Of a stretch of 64,000 nucleotides of DNA, positions 62,160 through 64,000 are shown piece after piece. The stretch is from a virus, in IMG/VR virus record IMGVR_UViG_3300045988_144476; one strand, 5' to 3'. The translations under genes were made by a program, and so were the position numbers. Below the pieces are notes generated by a model that did no database searches, had not been told where the DNA came from, and saw only the letters and a list, made by a program, of their open reading frames with translations. Position 1 is the stretch's first letter. The number at the start of each line of letters is the position of its first letter.

Positions 62160-63143
62160 ATGAGTTTTGTCAAAAAGAAGATCTGGTATACATGTGAAGA
62201 AGATCATAAATCTTTTCCTATTACGGAAGATTCTTTGCTACGATATAAAATAAATACACCGAAGGATATTTCGAAAGAAGGAAAAATTCTTATTGAAAAT
62301 TATCTTGGTGGAGTACATACAAGGTGGATATGTAGACCTTTCAATCCAGAAACTGATAAGAAGCCTGAACCCAATTATTATGTCCCGTTAAATCGTACAA
62401 TATCAAATAGAATCAAGGCAAAAATAGATCAGATGACTGAAGAAGAAAGGCAAAAAAATAATTGTTTTGCATGTTGTACAGAAGGTGAAGCAGCAGATGA
62501 TTTTCTAGAATATGTTAAAGAACAAGAAGAGTACTTTGCTAAAGAAAAATATATGTCATGTTATACTCCTCGTTCGACTTATGATAAAAAAGATTACAAT
62601 TTAGAAGAAAGGATATATGCCTGTGCTCTTGGAGTAAGAGAGTCTTGTGATAGAAATCATGTAACTTTACCTATGTGTGGCACACCGGCATTTAATGAAC
62701 TTGAAGAAATAATCAAAGATTACGATCCAAGATATCTTCATCCTAAGACAGATGATGATAGGTATAGCAAACTCTATAGAGATGCAAAGAAAGAAGCAAT
62801 AGCGAAAGGCAAAGATCCACAGAAAATTGATGTCATTCAGGAATATCAGAAAGATCGGAAACCGCAGACATCATTATCACCGGAAATGATTAGCAGGTTT
62901 GATAGAATGAGTGATTCTACATTAGCAATGTGGTGTAATTTCAGTAAGAACTGGGCTTGGGTAGTACCATGTTTATTCTTGTGCTTGTTCGTTAATAAGG
63001 GACTTATATCTGCAATTGTACTTATTGTATTAATGATTGCTGGCGAAGTTTATTCTTCAATGGTAAATGAATATGTCTCTGTGATTATTCCATGGTATAA
63101 GAAATCAGGACAGATGATGGAAAAGAGGATATTGAAAAAATGA
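62160..63143 (+). CDS. membrane-anchored hypothetical protein (327 aa)
   Basis: SD GAGGAGGTAGGGAAAT; C-terminal hydrophobic spans WAWVVPCLFLCLFV..ISAIVLIVLMIAG. Confidence 0.6.
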   Translation: MSFVKKKIWYTCEEDHKSFPITEDSLLRYKINTPKDISKEGKILIENYLGGVHTRWICRPFNPETDKKPEPNYYVPLNRTISNRIKAKIDQMTEEERQKNNCFACCTEGEAADDFLEYVKEQEEYFAKEKYMSCYTPRSTYDKKDYNLEERIYACALGVRESCDRNHVTLPMCGTPAFNELEEIIKDYDPRYLHPKTDDDRYSKLYRDAKKEAIAKGKDPQKIDVIQEYQKDRKPQTSLSPEMISRFDRMSDSTLAMWCNFSKNWAWVVPCLFLCLFVNKGLISAIVLIVLMIAGEVYSSMVNEYVSVIIPWYKKSGQMMEKRILKK

Positions 63144-64000
63144 ATGGAAGATTAGAACATGAATTACAGACAAATGAACGTACAAAAAAATTATTAAAAG
63201 AATTGCCTGATTATGTTACATCATATTATATGCATATTCAATCTTCAAAAAGTGCTAATACTTGTTATACATATGTTAATACAGTAAAAAGATTTATGGA
63301 ATATATTGGAAATATGAATATTAATAATGTAACAGAAGATACTGTGCAAAAGTTCTTAGAATCTATTAAGTATATAAACAATAATGGAAAACTGCATAGA
63401 TCTTCAGTATCATATACAAAATTATCATGCAGTTCGCTTAGTTCATTTTTCTTATTTCTATATCGAAAGGGAATTATAGATAATAATCCAATGGAATTTA
63501 TTGAAATGCCAATAAGAAAGGATTCTGTAAAAAGAGTTTTTTTCTCAATGGATGATCTTCGTAGCCTTTTATTTACTGTAACAGATTCAAATAGAGGTAC
63601 ATATACATGGTTATTAAGAGATTATACAATTTTATATTTATTTATGGTTACAGGAATGAGAAAGACTGCATTAAGTGAAATAAACGTAGAAGATCTTGAT
63701 TTAAATAACAATATATTAAAAATTATTGACAAGCGAGATAAAGAACATATTTATATTCTTCCGGACGATGTAAAGAAAGTTCTTGCTAAATGGTTAGTAT
63801 ATAGACGTAGATATATGAATGAACAGAATTTTGAAATAGATGCATTATTTATTTCAAAAAAGCATAATAGATTAAGTCCTAATGCAATATATAAAACTGT
63901 AAGATATTATACTGAAAAAGCTTTTGGTAAAGCATACAGCCCTCATAAATTAAGAGCGGCTTTTGTCTCACTATATTATGAAGAAACACATGATATTGAA
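63140..64000 (+). CDS. tyrosine recombinase / phage integrase (C-terminus beyond window)
   Basis: ATGA overlap with the upstream stop. N-terminal SAM-like core-binding region, then LFMVTGMRKTALSEI (Arg I) and SPHKLRAAF (HxxR). Frame open to position 64000. Confidence 0.8.
   Translation, partial: MNGRLEHELQTNERTKKLLKELPDYVTSYYMHIQSSKSANTCYTYVNTVKRFMEYIGNMNINNVTEDTVQKFLESIKYINNNGKLHRSSVSYTKLSCSSLSSFFLFLYRKGIIDNNPMEFIEMPIRKDSVKRVFFSMDDLRSLLFTVTDSNRGTYTWLLRDYTILYLFMVTGMRKTALSEINVEDLDLNNNILKIIDKRDKEHIYILPDDVKKVLAKWLVYRRRYMNEQNFEIDALFISKKHNRLSPNAIYKTVRYYTEKAFGKAYSPHKLRAAFVSLYYEETHDIE

Overview
AT-rich segment of a tailed dsDNA phage (prophage or phage-plasmid-like), with Firmicutes-style GGAGG ribosome-binding sites and standard-code ORFs. 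Two divergent arms meet at an ORF-poor control region of about 0.9 kb (30.84-31.73 kb). The leftward (- strand) arm runs from 31 kb down to 1. It carries a Bro-N antirepressor-like gene, small ORFs, a Thg1-like tRNA-His guanylyltransferase, a GS-like amidoligase, a 954-aa YonO/RdRP-like two-barrel RNA polymerase, and HU. These are followed by a 10-gene tRNA array with long structured ORF-free spacers, a beta-CASP nuclease, a ClpP-like protease, a metallophosphoesterase and an 11th atypical tRNA. The arm ends with packaging, head and tail genes (TerL, portal, scaffold-like, capsid candidate, tail candidate). The rightward (+ strand) arm holds about 75 tightly coupled small early/accessory ORFs. 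Recognisable ones are a ParB-like nuclease, an NTGxx pentapeptide-repeat protein, a wHTH replication-organiser candidate with internal iteron-like repeats, RadC/JAB, DUF2786, DUF932, and a free-standing group-II-intron-like reverse transcriptase. It ends in a partial tyrosine integrase. The observations most worth following up are: (1) a phage Thg1-like enzyme co-encoded with a phage tRNA-His that has C73 but no encoded G-1; (2) the YonO/RdRP-like polymerase; (3) a 15-nt directional box, TAATGWTTTAATCAA, repeated at least 11 times in intergenic positions; (4) related GC-rich hairpin-plus-box modules flanking a 3-gene cassette; (5) a 0.77 kb ORF-free segment rich in GNRA hairpins inside the tRNA array. 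All functional calls come from motifs read by eye. No database search was run.
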